A stretch of 64,000 bases of DNA. Origin: an uncultured Verrucomicrobiae bacterium (GTDB taxonomy: Bacteria; Verrucomicrobiota; Verrucomicrobiia; Opitutales; JABDGR01). The position numbers were made by a program, and so were the translations under genes. Positions 43,942-54,029 of this stretch are shown here, piece by piece (within the stretch, counting starts at the first letter, position 1; each line of letters opens with the position of its first letter). The notes under the pieces are model-generated. The model made no database searches and was not told where the DNA came from. It saw only the letters and a list, made by a program, of their open reading frames with translations. The DNA lies in the NCBI GenBank assembly GCA_963765205.1, contig CAVXVB010000007.1, positions 224,001 to 288,000 on the forward strand, in the 5' to 3' direction.

Positions 43942-45141
43942 GTGAAACCTTGCCTGCATAAATTATGGCCGGCCTTGCCGATGTGGCTGGGCTTGGGCGC
44001 GGCGGCTTTCGGCCAGGCGGCGGCACTTGCGGCCCCGGCTGCGAGCGCCGCGACCGCAGCTCCGCTGGGCGGTGGCGAACGCGCGCTACAGAATGCCCCT
44101 CCGCCGTTTCCCGCCGTCATCCCCGAAGTGCAGGTGGGCGCGAATGTCTATTATGACGTGCGCATTTTGCAGGTGACGCCCGTGTCGGTTGTCCTCGGGC
44201 ATCGGGACGGCATCACCTCCGTGCCGCTGGCCGATTTGCCGCCGGATTTGCAAAAGCGTTTCGGCTACGATCCGGCCAAGGCCGCGGCGGAGGAGGCGCA
44301 GCGCCAGGCCGAGAACACCGCGCACCAAGTCCAGGCCAATGCCGCCGCCGGCGACAAAGGCCCGCCGACCTTGACCGCGCAGGAAATTTTGCAGCGCTTC
44401 GGCCAGCCGCCGAAAATTTTCGGCGAGGTTAATATGCAGCCGCGCTTCGACCAGTTGGGCATTGACGTGAAAAGCCAGGGCGCGCGCCCGAGCTGCGCGG
44501 TGTTCGCGCTGGTCGGCGCGCTCGAATACCAGCGCTCCCCGCCGGCCGGGCCGGCGCCGGAGTATTCCGAGGAATACCTGATTTGGGCGACGCTCAAGAC
44601 GCTCGGCAAGGTCGGCCTGGCCGTGCCCCAGGGCGACTCGGAAACGCTGGACATCGGCTTTTCCCTCAATGAAGTTGCCGAAGCGCTGCGCGCCTACGGT
44701 ATCGCGTTGGCGGAGGAGCTGCCCTACCATTTCACGCTCACCGATCCGCACGTGATCGAGCCGGCGACGGACGTGATCGAGCGCGCGAAAAAGCGCAGCC
44801 CGGTGGACGGCTTTTATATCACGGGCCGCGGGCCGCAAATGCAAATCGCCAACATCGTGCAGGTGCTCAACGCCGGCGTGCCGGTCATTGCCGGCATGAA
44901 ATGGCCTGAGCAAAAAAACTTTGCGGACAATGCGGAACTCGACGGGCAACCGGGACTGGAAAAATCCGCGCACGCCGTGCTGCTGGTGGGCTACCTGACG
45001 AAGACGGGCAAAATCGAGGACGCGCAATTCCTCTTCAAAAATTCCTTCGGCGAGAAATGGGGCACCCACGGATACGGCGTGGCCACGTATAAATACCTCG
45101 CCGGCAATCTCGAGAGTGCGCTGTTTTTGGATGCGCGGTGA
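43942..45141 (+). CDS. Secreted papain-like C1 family cysteine peptidase
   Basis: Signal peptide; QGARPSCAVFA (Gln/Cys), HAVLLVGY (His), KNSFG (Asn). Confidence 0.85.
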   Translation: MKPCLHKLWPALPMWLGLGAAAFGQAAALAAPAASAATAAPLGGGERALQNAPPPFPAVIPEVQVGANVYYDVRILQVTPVSVVLGHRDGITSVPLADLPPDLQKRFGYDPAKAAAEEAQRQAENTAHQVQANAAAGDKGPPTLTAQEILQRFGQPPKIFGEVNMQPRFDQLGIDVKSQGARPSCAVFALVGALEYQRSPPAGPAPEYSEEYLIWATLKTLGKVGLAVPQGDSETLDIGFSLNEVAEALRAYGIALAEELPYHFTLTDPHVIEPATDVIERAKKRSPVDGFYITGRGPQMQIANIVQVLNAGVPVIAGMKWPEQKNFADNAELDGQPGLEKSAHAVLLVGYLTKTGKIEDAQFLFKNSFGEKWGTHGYGVATYKYLAGNLESALFLDAR

Positions 45142-45174
45142 AAACTGCCGGAGCGCCGCTGGCGGCGCATCCCA

Positions 45175-46251
45175 TTATTGAGGTTGGACGCGCGTCAACC
45201 GGCAGGAATGCGCGGAAAAACCTGCGCCAAAGGAGGTGAGCCACAAATCCAGCGCGGCGCCATTATCGGACGCCGCAGGATTGGACGGGAAACTTTTCTG
45301 CAAATGTTCACCGAGGGCGAAGAGGACGGACGGGCTGCTCATGTTGCCGTATTGCCGGAGGACGGCGGCGCTTTCCGCCAGCGGGAACTTTCCGCCCAGC
45401 GCCGCACCCACGGCTTCGAGGACTTTTTTGCCGCCGGCGTGGGAGAGCACCCGGCCGATTTTTTCCGCCGCGCCGTTCTGGCGGTCGTAAAGCGCGCGCA
45501 CGGCCGTCGCGGCGCGGTCGGGGACGGTTTTGCCGAGGCGGTTGCGCAATTTGCCGCCCCGGTTTTCAAAGCGCAGACATTCGCGGTCGGCGGGCAGGTG
45601 CAGCGTGTCGAAGCCATCGCAGCGCAGGCCCGTCGGGCCGGGCTGGCCGTTCCAAATGCTAGCCGCCGCGCCGTCGCCGAACAAACACAGCGAGACGAGC
45701 ACGCCGGGGTCGTCATCGAGATAAAACGCCGCCGAGCAGATTTCGACCGCAATGCAGGCCACGCGCGCGCCGGGCTGGGCCGCCAGCAGGTGGCTCGCGC
45801 TGCGCAGGGAGGGGATGGCCGCGCCGCAGCCCTGGCCCACGATGTCCTGCAAAAAAATGTCGGGCCGCAAGCCTGCGCGTTCGGCGACGAAGCTCGACAC
45901 GCCGGGGCACAAATAACCCGTGCAGGTGCAGATGATGAGCGCATCCAAATCGTGCGGGGCGAGGCCGGCCTGGGCGAGCGCGGCGCGCAGCGCGCGTTCG
46001 GCGAGGGCGGGTGCCTCGCGCTCGAAGGCGCGGTTGAGGGCCTCGGCGTCGAGATCGAAAATTTTGTCCAGGTCGCCGACGGCGAAATGGCGGGTCTCAA
46101 TGCCGCTGTCCCCGGTGAGGATTTTTTCCAGCAGCGCGCGCGAGCCGGGCCGCAGTTTGCGCAGCGAGGGCGCCTGGCGCAGGACTTCCCAGCACTCGCG
46201 CTGGGTCAGGCGCTGGGCGGGGACAACGTTGGCGAGTGAGTGGAGGAACAC
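45175..46251 (-). CDS. Type III polyketide synthase
   Basis: TCTGYLCPG, GQGC (Cys), LFGDGAAA, HAGG (His), GNMSSPS (Asn), FGAGFS. Confidence 0.93.
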   Translation of the reverse strand: MFLHSLANVVPAQRLTQRECWEVLRQAPSLRKLRPGSRALLEKILTGDSGIETRHFAVGDLDKIFDLDAEALNRAFEREAPALAERALRAALAQAGLAPHDLDALIICTCTGYLCPGVSSFVAERAGLRPDIFLQDIVGQGCGAAIPSLRSASHLLAAQPGARVACIAVEICSAAFYLDDDPGVLVSLCLFGDGAAASIWNGQPGPTGLRCDGFDTLHLPADRECLRFENRGGKLRNRLGKTVPDRAATAVRALYDRQNGAAEKIGRVLSHAGGKKVLEAVGAALGGKFPLAESAAVLRQYGNMSSPSVLFALGEHLQKSFPSNPAASDNGAALDLWLTSFGAGFSAHSCRLTRVQPQ

Positions 46252-46353
46252 GGACGGAAGAAAAGTAAGAATTATGAATTAAGAATTAAGAAGTAAAAAT
46301 TACGAATGACGAATGATGAAACAGAAACCAAAAAGATTTGAAGGGATGGGCAA

Positions 46354-47430
46354 TCAAGCCGGGGCGGGCGCGGCTTTAACGGATGAGAGAGTTTTGCCGT
46401 GGGTGGCGCGGTAGAAGAAGTTAAAGGGGAGCAGGCGTGTGTCGGCGAGCGCGAGCAGAAGGGTTTGGCCGAAAGGATGCAAGAGGTAGGGATGCAGGCG
46501 GCGCGCCCAGCGCAGGCGCGTGTCTTGCTGGGCGGAAACGGCACGGCGAATGGCTTGGGCGGTGGCGGGCCAATCCTGCCGGGCTTGGGCATAGGCGAGC
46601 AGCGGGTCGAGCGCGGCGGCGGCGTTTTCGAGCGCGAGCGCCATGCCGTGGCCGGTGTAGGGCGGGATAGCCGCATGGTGGTCGCCGAGCGATACGCCGG
46701 GACCGGCGGGCCAGGTGCGTGTGAAGTCGAGGCCCGCGACGGCGGCGGCGCTCGCGGGGTCCGGCCCGCCCGCAGCGATGCGCGCGGCGAGTTTCTCAAG
46801 GCCGCAGGCCATGAGATAATCGAGGAGCAACGATTCGCGCGGGCCGCGCAATTCCATGCGCAGGCGAAAAAGGCCGCAGATGTTGACGCGGCCGTCCTCA
46901 ATGCGTGCCACGCCGGCGTAGCCGCCGCGGCCGAGATGCACTTCCAAGTCGTGGCCCACGCGCAAGTCGCGGCAGTGAATTTTCAGCCCGAGCCACGGAC
47001 TGGCGGCATCGGGCCGGCGGCCGGCGGCCCATACCTGGCCGGGCGCATCTTCCCCGCCCGCGGACGGCGTGGGCGCGCGGGTGTTGAGGCGCAACTCACC
47101 GCCGGCGGAAACAAAGTCGTGCATCAATCGTTCTTCCAGCACGGGGCGCGAGAGGCCCAACGCCGGTTCCGGCAATTGCGCGGCCCAGCGCAGGCGCCCG
47201 CTCGCGTGCCAGCCCGTGGTGCGGTTCACCGTCGCGCCGCGCAAATGCGGCGCGAGGCCGAGGCGCGCGATAGTCGCCGGCTTCAAGCCGCTCATAAATT
47301 CGCCGCACACGCGCGGGCGTGGAAGGCGCCCGGCCTCCCAAAGCGACACGCCGGCACCCGCACGCGCCAGCGCCGCGCCGAGGGCTAGGCCGGCCAGGCC
47401 GCCGCCGATGATCGTGATGGGTTGCGGCAT
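46354..47430 (-). CDS. FAD-dependent oxidoreductase
   Basis: IIGGGLAG, PRPRVCGEF, GD...IPPYTGHGMALA. Confidence 0.88.
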   Translation of the reverse strand: MPQPITIIGGGLAGLALGAALARAGAGVSLWEAGRLPRPRVCGEFMSGLKPATIARLGLAPHLRGATVNRTTGWHASGRLRWAAQLPEPALGLSRPVLEERLMHDFVSAGGELRLNTRAPTPSAGGEDAPGQVWAAGRRPDAASPWLGLKIHCRDLRVGHDLEVHLGRGGYAGVARIEDGRVNICGLFRLRMELRGPRESLLLDYLMACGLEKLAARIAAGGPDPASAAAVAGLDFTRTWPAGPGVSLGDHHAAIPPYTGHGMALALENAAAALDPLLAYAQARQDWPATAQAIRRAVSAQQDTRLRWARRLHPYLLHPFGQTLLLALADTRLLPFNFFYRATHGKTLSSVKAAPAPA

Positions 47431-47439
47431 GGGAGGAGA

Positions 47440-47511
47440 TTCACCGCAAAGACGCCAAGGGCGCAAAGAAATTTTTTTGGAACTTTGCGGTCTTCGCGTC
47501 TTTGCGGTGAA
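47440..47511. repeat. Nonamer (CGCAAAGA-type) inverted-repeat hairpin
   Basis: TTCACCGCAAAGACGC ... GCGTCTTTGCGGTGAA; related copies at 34560-34641 and 57636-57735. Confidence 0.85.
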
Positions 47512-47512
47512 T

Positions 47513-48172
47513 TTATAAATCATTGCGCACGGCAATAAGGCGATATGCGCCGAGGAAAGTACGGGCCACTCCACTGCGCCAGGGGGGGGCGTCCACGCCG
47601 AGCAGGCGGGGCAGTTCGCGTTCGCAAAAGCCGCCTTCGATGCTCACGCGGGCGTCGTGGCGGCTGACATAATTGATGCCGGCCAGCCGCGCGAGCGGCA
47701 GTTGCGCGAGGTGGAGCGCGTGGCGCGCGGGTTCGCAAAAAACGAGCATGCGCGCGTGCTCGCGCCATTGATGGCCGAGGCCGGCGAGCACGTTGTCCTC
47801 GAATTGATGGAGGATGAGGTTGCCGATGATGACGTTGTAATTTGCGTAACCGGAAAAAGTCGTGAGGTCGGCGCGGTGCCAGTCCTGCGCGGCGGGCCAG
47901 TCGGCGGGCTGCGGCCACAAGTCGAGTCCGGTGTGCGAAAAAGTCTGGCCGGGCAGGTGGCGGCGCAAATATTTGGCGAGGTCGCCTTCGCTCGCGCCGA
48001 GTTCGAGCAGGCGGTCACCGGGGTGCAGGTGTTTGCGCAGCGTGCGCGCGAACCAGCGGTGGTTGCCCATCAGCGCGTTGAAAAAACGCAAATCGCGCCG
48101 GTTGTGCAGCGCGTCCGGATGCTCCGGCGGCAGGGAGTCGAGCAGTTCCGGTTGCACGTGGCGCGGGAGCAT
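47513..48172 (-). CDS. SAM-dependent methyltransferase
   Basis: PELLDSL, RDLRFFNALMG, LELGASEGDL, NLILHQF, HDARVSIEGGF. Confidence 0.85.
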   Translation of the reverse strand: MLPRHVQPELLDSLPPEHPDALHNRRDLRFFNALMGNHRWFARTLRKHLHPGDRLLELGASEGDLAKYLRRHLPGQTFSHTGLDLWPQPADWPAAQDWHRADLTTFSGYANYNVIIGNLILHQFEDNVLAGLGHQWREHARMLVFCEPARHALHLAQLPLARLAGINYVSRHDARVSIEGGFCERELPRLLGVDAPPWRSGVARTFLGAYRLIAVRNDL

Positions 48173-48300
48173 CGGGCGAAGATGCGCGCGGATTGGCTGA
48201 ATGTCAAACGGTGCTCACGGCGCCTTGGAGACGCGGCAGGATTCGTTGAGGGAGACGCCAAGCGCTGCGAAGCATGGCGCGGGTGATCAACGGTCCGCCA

Positions 48301-48786
48301 TCAGGTTTTTGGCGCGAATTTTTTGAGTTGGGCGATGAAGGAGGCCGGGCCGCCGGGTTGGTAGCCCACCATTGTGGTGAGCGTTTTTCCGTCGGGGCCG
48401 AGCACGACGAAGGTGGGGTAGCCTTCGATGTTAAATCTCTGTTGCAAACTCCCGTTTTGCTGGGCCAGTTTGTCGGGAAGTTTTTTGTGCTCCGGGAAGT
48501 CCACCTCGACGAGCACGAGATTGGCATCGGCGTAGTCCTTGAACGGCTGGGTGTCGAGCGCCTCCTCGTCCATCTTGATGCACCATTCGCACCAGTCGGA
48601 GCCGGTGAAATCGAGCAACACGAGTTTGTTCCCGGCCTTGGCCTGGGCCTGCGCGGCGGCAAAATCCGTGAGCCAATTGGCGCGCACCGCGGGCGCCGCC
48701 GGCGCGAACAGCCGTCCGCAGGCGGTGAAGAGAAGCGCGCTCAAGGCAAAGGTGAGGGTGGGCAGAATGGGGCGGGGGAGCTTCAT
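48301..48786 (-). CDS. Thioredoxin-like protein
   Basis: LLDFTGSDWCEWCIKM, IEGYPT; signal peptide. Confidence 0.9.
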   Translation of the reverse strand: MKLPRPILPTLTFALSALLFTACGRLFAPAAPAVRANWLTDFAAAQAQAKAGNKLVLLDFTGSDWCEWCIKMDEEALDTQPFKDYADANLVLVEVDFPEHKKLPDKLAQQNGSLQQRFNIEGYPTFVVLGPDGKTLTTMVGYQPGGPASFIAQLKKFAPKT

Positions 48787-48976
48787 GGCAAAATGGGGAA
48801 GGGTGAGGCGTGAACGGGGGGATATTGGCAGCGGTGAACACAACAATCAAATAAATCAGCAATCAGCAAAACACACAATTATCGGTCGCTTGTCGCAGGA
48901 TAGCTATAGGACATGGCCGCTTGGTCAGGCCACAAAAAGACCCGCAACTCATTCGAGCGGCGGGCTTTTTGGAAAA

Positions 48977-49054
48977 TGGCGTCCCCTTGGGGATTCGAAC
49001 CCCAGTCGCCAGGATGAAAACCTGGTGTCCTAGGCCGGGCTAGACGAAGGGGAC
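48977..49054 (-). tRNA. tRNA-Glu(TTC)
   Basis: Reverse complement GTCCCCTTCGTCTAGCCCGGCCTAGGACACCAGGTTTTCATCCTGGCGACTGGGGTTCGAATCCCCAAGGGGACGCCA. Confidence 0.96.
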
Positions 49055-49134
49055 GCGAAAGTGTGCGGGAAAACGGCTTAAAGTAGCGATTTTCTGACAC
49101 AGGGCAAGCTTAACGTGCAGCAGGAAAATTATGG

Positions 49135-49199
49135 AACCACGGAGAACACGGAGGACACAGAGAAATAAGCTCTCCGTGTCCTCCGTGTTCTCCGTGGTT
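49135..49199. repeat. Nonamer (CACGGAGRA) near-perfect hairpin downstream of mdh
   Basis: 49135-49163 vs 49171-49199, 28/29 complementary. Confidence 0.9.
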
Positions 49200-49212
49200 A
49201 AAATTTCGTCTT

Positions 49213-50199
49213 TTACTTCGGAATCAATTCACTCACCAACGAAATCTCTTCCTGCAACTCCGCGATGCTGGCGGCGATTTTGCCTTTCGAGAATTCATTG
49301 ACGGGCACGCCGGGGACGACGGACCATTTCTTGCCGTCGCTGGTGATGGGCATCGAGGCGATGATGCCTTTCGGGATGCCGTAGGAACCGTCCGAACACA
49401 CCGCGACGCTGAACCAGTCGCCGGCGGGGGTGGGGGTGACGAGCGAGCGCACGCTGTCCATCGCCGCGTTGGCGGCGGAGGCGGCGGAGGACGCGCCGCG
49501 CGCCTTAATGATGGCTGCGCCGCGTTGCTGCACATTGGGGATGAAGGTGCCTTTGAGCCATTCCTCGTGGCCGATTACATCGGTGCAGGGGCGGCCGTTG
49601 ATTTTGGCGTTGTAGAAATCCGGATACTGCGTCGAGGAGTGGTTGCCCCAGATGCACAGGTTGGTCACGCGGCTGACGTGGACGCCGGCTTTTTGCGCGA
49701 GCTGGCTCTTGGCGCGGTTTTCATCGAGGCGCGTCATCGCGAACCAGCGCTCGGCGGGGACGGCGGGCGCGTTGCGCATCGCGATGTAGCAATTGGTGTT
49801 GCAGGGGTTGCCGACGACGAGCACGCGCACGTCCGCCGCGGCGTTTTTGGCGATGGCCTGGCCCTGGCCAGTGAAAATTTTGCCGTTGATGCCGAGGAGT
49901 TCCTTGCGCTCCATCCCGGCCTTGCGCGGCACGCTGCCCACGAGCAGCGCCCAGTTGACGTTCTTGAAGCCTTCGTTGAGGTCGGCCGTCGGCACGACTT
50001 CCGTGAGCAGCGGGAACGCGCAGTCGTCGAGTTCCATGACGACGCCCTTGAGCGCGTCGAGCGCGGGCGGGATTTCAATGAGGTTGAGCGCCACGGGCTG
50101 GTCGGGGCCAAAGATGGCGCCCGAGGCGATGCGGAACAGGAGGGCGTAGCCGATTTGGCCGGCGGCGCCCGTGACGGCGACTCGAATGGGTTGTTTCAT
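49213..50199 (-). CDS. mdh: Malate dehydrogenase
   Basis: [42 protein letters not shown]. Confidence 0.97.
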   Translation of the reverse strand: MKQPIRVAVTGAAGQIGYALLFRIASGAIFGPDQPVALNLIEIPPALDALKGVVMELDDCAFPLLTEVVPTADLNEGFKNVNWALLVGSVPRKAGMERKELLGINGKIFTGQGQAIAKNAAADVRVLVVGNPCNTNCYIAMRNAPAVPAERWFAMTRLDENRAKSQLAQKAGVHVSRVTNLCIWGNHSSTQYPDFYNAKINGRPCTDVIGHEEWLKGTFIPNVQQRGAAIIKARGASSAASAANAAMDSVRSLVTPTPAGDWFSVAVCSDGSYGIPKGIIASMPITSDGKKWSVVPGVPVNEFSKGKIAASIAELQEEISLVSELIPK

Positions 50200-50300
50200 G
50201 GGGAGTTAAGAATTAAGAGTTATGAATTAAGAAGCATGAGTAAAGAATGGAAGATGGAAAATGGAAGATGGAAAAAGCGGAAGCAGGCGAAAGAGAACGG

Positions 50301-51371
50301 CTACTTTTCAATAAGAACGGGGCTGATGGGTTGCAATGCATTATGCGCAGAACGCACGAGGCGTTCGGTCGCGGCCCAGTCAATGCAGCCGTCAGTGATG
50401 GAGACGCCGGGGCGCAGCTTCGCGCCGGGCTTCGGCTCGGGCTGACGTCCGGCGTGGAGGTTGCTTTCGAGCATCGCGCCGATGAGGCTCTCGCAACCGC
50501 CGACGCGCTGCGCGAGCACGTTCGCGAACACCATGGGCTGCAATTCGGGCTTTTTGCCACTGTTGTCATGGGAGCAGTCCACCATGATGCGGGTAAACAG
50601 GCCGGCTTCGCGCAGCAACTTTTCCGCGGCGGCAACATGCGTGGCGTCATAGTTCGGCCCATTGCCGCCGCCGCGCAGGACGAGGTGGCAGTTTGGGTTG
50701 CCACGTGTGGTCACGGCGGAGGCCTGGCCGTCTTCGTTGATGCCGAGAAAAGTCTGCGGCGCCCAGGCGGCCTTGATCGCGTTGACAGCGGTCTGGATGG
50801 AACCGTCGGTGCCGTTTTTGAAGCCGAGGGGCATCGAGAGGCCCGAGGCCATTTGCCGGTGGGTCTGCGATTCGGTCGTGCGCGCGCCCACGGCGGACCA
50901 ACAGATGAGGTCGGCGATATATTGCGGGGTGATGGGGTCGAGCAACTCGGTCGCAGTCGGCAGGCCGAGGTCAATGACGGTGCGCAAAAATTCACGGGCC
51001 AGACGCAGGCCGGTGGGGATGTCGCCGGTGCCGTCGAGGTGCGGGTCCATGATCAGGCCCTTCCAGCCGACGGTGGTGCGCGGTTTCTCAAAATAGACGC
51101 GCATGACCAGAAGCAGGCGGTCGGCGACTTCGCGGCTCAGCGCAGCTAGGCGCTCGGCGTATTCGCGGCCGGCGGCCACGTCGTGGATCGAGCACGGGCC
51201 GACGACGAGCAGAAAGCGCGGGTCGTCACCGAAGATGATGCGGTGCAAGGCATTACGGCTCTGGACGACGAAGTCCGCCTGGGCCTCCGAGCGCGGGACG
51301 CGGGCCAGCAACTCGCGCGGCGTCGGCAGCGCGCGATTCGAGGAAATGTTGATGTCGGTAACTTTGGGCAC
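50301..51371 (-). CDS. DAHP synthase, class I (AroF/G/H type)
   Basis: GPCSIHD, RVYFEKPRTTVGWKG, GARTTESQTHRQMASG, DCSHDNS. Confidence 0.95.
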   Translation of the reverse strand: MPKVTDINISSNRALPTPRELLARVPRSEAQADFVVQSRNALHRIIFGDDPRFLLVVGPCSIHDVAAGREYAERLAALSREVADRLLLVMRVYFEKPRTTVGWKGLIMDPHLDGTGDIPTGLRLAREFLRTVIDLGLPTATELLDPITPQYIADLICWSAVGARTTESQTHRQMASGLSMPLGFKNGTDGSIQTAVNAIKAAWAPQTFLGINEDGQASAVTTRGNPNCHLVLRGGGNGPNYDATHVAAAEKLLREAGLFTRIMVDCSHDNSGKKPELQPMVFANVLAQRVGGCESLIGAMLESNLHAGRQPEPKPGAKLRPGVSITDGCIDWAATERLVRSAHNALQPISPVLIEK

Positions 51372-51384
51372 GGAAGAAGAAAGT

Positions 51385-51492
51385 GTTTTAGTTTCTAGTT
51401 TTTAGTTCTGAAGGGCGAAGGGCGAAGGGCGAAATTCAGAATTCAGAATTCAGAATTCAGAATTCAGAATTCAGAATTCAGAATTCAGAATT
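51385..51492. repeat. Compound heptamer repeats
   Basis: TTTTAGT-like units, (GAAGGGC)x3 51410-51430, (AATTCAG)x8 51433-51488. Confidence 0.93.
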
Positions 51493-51587
51493 TTCACACT
51501 CCACACTGACTGGCTGGGGCTGGATGGGGTAAAGCCGTCCACTACATCAAATTTGCGTGCTCTGGGCAAGAACAGAAGCTATAAGGA

Positions 51588-52526
51588 ATGCCACCCATGT
51601 CGGAAATGCATGTCTATCATTGCTTAAGCCGCCCCGCCGCCGTGCTGCGCACGACGGGGCCGGATGCATTCCGGTTCTTGCAGAGCCAGTTCTCGAACGA
51701 TTTGAAGGTCGAGGGCGTCGAGCATCCCGTGAGTTATGGATTGTGGCTCGACCACAAGGGGAAAATCCAGGCGGACAGTTTTGTGATCCAAAAATCGCCC
51801 GGGGACTTTTTGCTGCTCAGCTACGACTGCCCGGCGGCGCTCCTGCGCGGCCACCTCGAGTCGCATTTGATCGCCGACGAGGTGGAATTGCACGACGAGA
51901 CCGGGCCGCTGGAGTTGCTCCACGTCTGGGCGGAGCACTATGAGGAAAGCCTGGCTGGGTTGATCGAGGAATTGGCCCGGACGGCGGGGGCCGAGTCCTG
52001 GATGGGCCGGCGCCCCACGCCCTATTCGTCCTGGGACATTCTTGCGCCCGCAGAAATACTGGAGAGCATCGCACGCGACTTGGAGGCCGAGGGAATCGAG
52101 GCCGCCCCCGCGCAGGCCTTGCTGGCCGCGCGCCTGCTGGCCGGCGTGCCGGCGGTGCCGGCCGACGCCGGGCCGGGCGATTTGCCGCAAGAAGCGGGCT
52201 TGGAGCGTGAAGGCGTCTCCTTCGACAAGGGTTGCTACTCCGGCCAGGAAATCATGTCACGCCTGCACACGCAGGGCCATGTCAACCGCGCCTTGTGGCT
52301 GGTGGAGTGGAACGTGCCGACCACGCGCCCCGCGGATGATTCGCCGGTGCCGCTGTATGCGGGAGCGGAAGTGGCGGGCGAATTGCGCAGCCGGGTCTTC
52401 AGCGAAGTGGGGGGCCTGGGTCTGGCGATGCTCAAAACGCGGGCACTGGCCGGGCAAAGCGCGCTGAGTTTCCGCCCCAATGGCCCCACCCCCGTGCGGC
52501 TCCTGCGCAATTTGACGGAGGCGTGA
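51588..52526 (+). CDS. YgfZ/GcvT-like folate-binding protein
   Basis: GPDAFRFLQSQFSND, VSFDKGCYSGQEIMSR. Confidence 0.9.
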   Translation: MPPMSEMHVYHCLSRPAAVLRTTGPDAFRFLQSQFSNDLKVEGVEHPVSYGLWLDHKGKIQADSFVIQKSPGDFLLLSYDCPAALLRGHLESHLIADEVELHDETGPLELLHVWAEHYEESLAGLIEELARTAGAESWMGRRPTPYSSWDILAPAEILESIARDLEAEGIEAAPAQALLAARLLAGVPAVPADAGPGDLPQEAGLEREGVSFDKGCYSGQEIMSRLHTQGHVNRALWLVEWNVPTTRPADDSPVPLYAGAEVAGELRSRVFSEVGGLGLAMLKTRALAGQSALSFRPNGPTPVRLLRNLTEA

Positions 52527-52787
52527 GCGCCATTCGGCGTTTTGCAGATGCGATGTGGAATGTGGGGCACCGTGTTCCTCACTCCATGAGAGCAGCTTGG
52601 AATTCTGGTGGTTCGCCGGGCACGCCTGACACCATGGCTATTTACCTACGCCAATCGTGACCTCGGGGTCTGTTCGCCCGCCACCACTTCGGGTATGCTT
52701 GCCACGCGTGTCCCAACCGGCTCCGCGCCACGTGCTCAAGCCTTGGCCGCCAAGCAACCTCACATATACCCTTGACCCATCCTTAAA

Positions 52788-54029
52788 ATGAACAATCTCG
52801 CAAAAGCAACCGTCAATCAGGCCCGCCCGCCTGGAACCCTATTCGCGCGCCTGCAGCTTTGGTCGTGCCAAGCTTTTCACTACATGTTTCTAGGCGGGTT
52901 TGTCATCTGTTTCTATTTTTGGTTGCGCATCCACGATTTTTGGACGGCCAAGACGGCGTATGGCTCCGCGCTGGTCGCGGCGCAATTTGCGCTCTATGCC
53001 TGGCGGCATATTTTCAAGGGCAATCTTTGGTCGGCGAGCAAGGCCGGGGAGATGGCGTTTTTTGCGGCCAGTCTGGGGCTGGCGCTGGCGGTGGCACCCG
53101 TGGCCCAAAATGAATTCTGGTGGGTGCGGCTGGTATATGTGGGCATGATGTTCGCGGTTTTGCCGCCGGGATGGGCCGCCAGCCTGTTCGCCGCAGTCGG
53201 CTTCCTCTACCTTCCCATCACGCAGGGCTGGGACCGTTTGGCGGCCTATTCGTTCGGAGACTGGTTTAGCTCGATTTACCCGATAGTGCTGACGGCGGCC
53301 TTGGGGCTGTTGATTCGAAGCCAAAACGCTACGAATCAGGCACAAGCACGTTTGATCGAAGAATTGCAGACGGCGAAGAAAGCGCTGGAGTCGGCGCGCC
53401 AGCGCGAGGGTGAACTGGCGACGTTGCGCGAGCGCGAACGCCTCGCGCGAGACTTGCACGACACGTTGGGCCACCAACTCGTCACCCTAACCGTCCAACT
53501 TGAGGCTGCGCAACGGTTGCTGGCCATGGACCCGGCGCGGGCGGCGGCGGCGCTCGAGGAGATGCAGAAACTTTCGCGTTCCAGCATGGATGACTTGCGC
53601 CGCGCGTTGGACAACCTGCGCGCCTCCGGACTCGGCGACCGCCCTTTGACGGCGGCGTTGCAAGCCCTTTGCACCGACGCGGGCCAGCGATATTCCCTGG
53701 CCGTGGACTGTCAGGTGGCCGCGGGGGCCGATACCCTGCCGCCGGTGGTGGCGGGAGTCCTCTGGTGCGTGGCGCAGGAAGGATTGACGAACGTCGGCCG
53801 CCATGCCCAAGCTCGGCAAGTCCACATGAACCTGAACTTGCTGCCCCGGGAGGTCATCCTGTGCGTGGCCGACGACGGCGCCGGCCTGCCTCCGGGCGCG
53901 GAAGACAAACCCGGCCATTACGGCTTGCGCGGCTTGCGCGAACGGGTCGAGGGCCTGGGTGGAACCTTCGCGCTGGCCTCTCCCAAGGGCGGCGCGGTTC
54001 TCGAAGCCCGCCTGCCGATCATTACCTGA
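52788..54029 (+). CDS. Membrane sensor histidine kinase (HisKA_3)
   Basis: ERERLARDLHDTLGH, QEGLTNVGRHA, DDGAG, YGLRGLRERV. Confidence 0.93.
   Translation: MNNLAKATVNQARPPGTLFARLQLWSCQAFHYMFLGGFVICFYFWLRIHDFWTAKTAYGSALVAAQFALYAWRHIFKGNLWSASKAGEMAFFAASLGLALAVAPVAQNEFWWVRLVYVGMMFAVLPPGWAASLFAAVGFLYLPITQGWDRLAAYSFGDWFSSIYPIVLTAALGLLIRSQNATNQAQARLIEELQTAKKALESARQREGELATLRERERLARDLHDTLGHQLVTLTVQLEAAQRLLAMDPARAAAALEEMQKLSRSSMDDLRRALDNLRASGLGDRPLTAALQALCTDAGQRYSLAVDCQVAAGADTLPPVVAGVLWCVAQEGLTNVGRHAQARQVHMNLNLLPREVILCVADDGAGLPPGAEDKPGHYGLRGLRERVEGLGGTFALASPKGGAVLEARLPIIT

Noticed and set aside
48900..48976. Integrated element at tRNA-Glu
   Set aside because: No duplicate 3' end or integrase; the adjacent hairpin (AAAAAGACCCGC...GCGGGCTTTTT) looks like an ordinary terminator.
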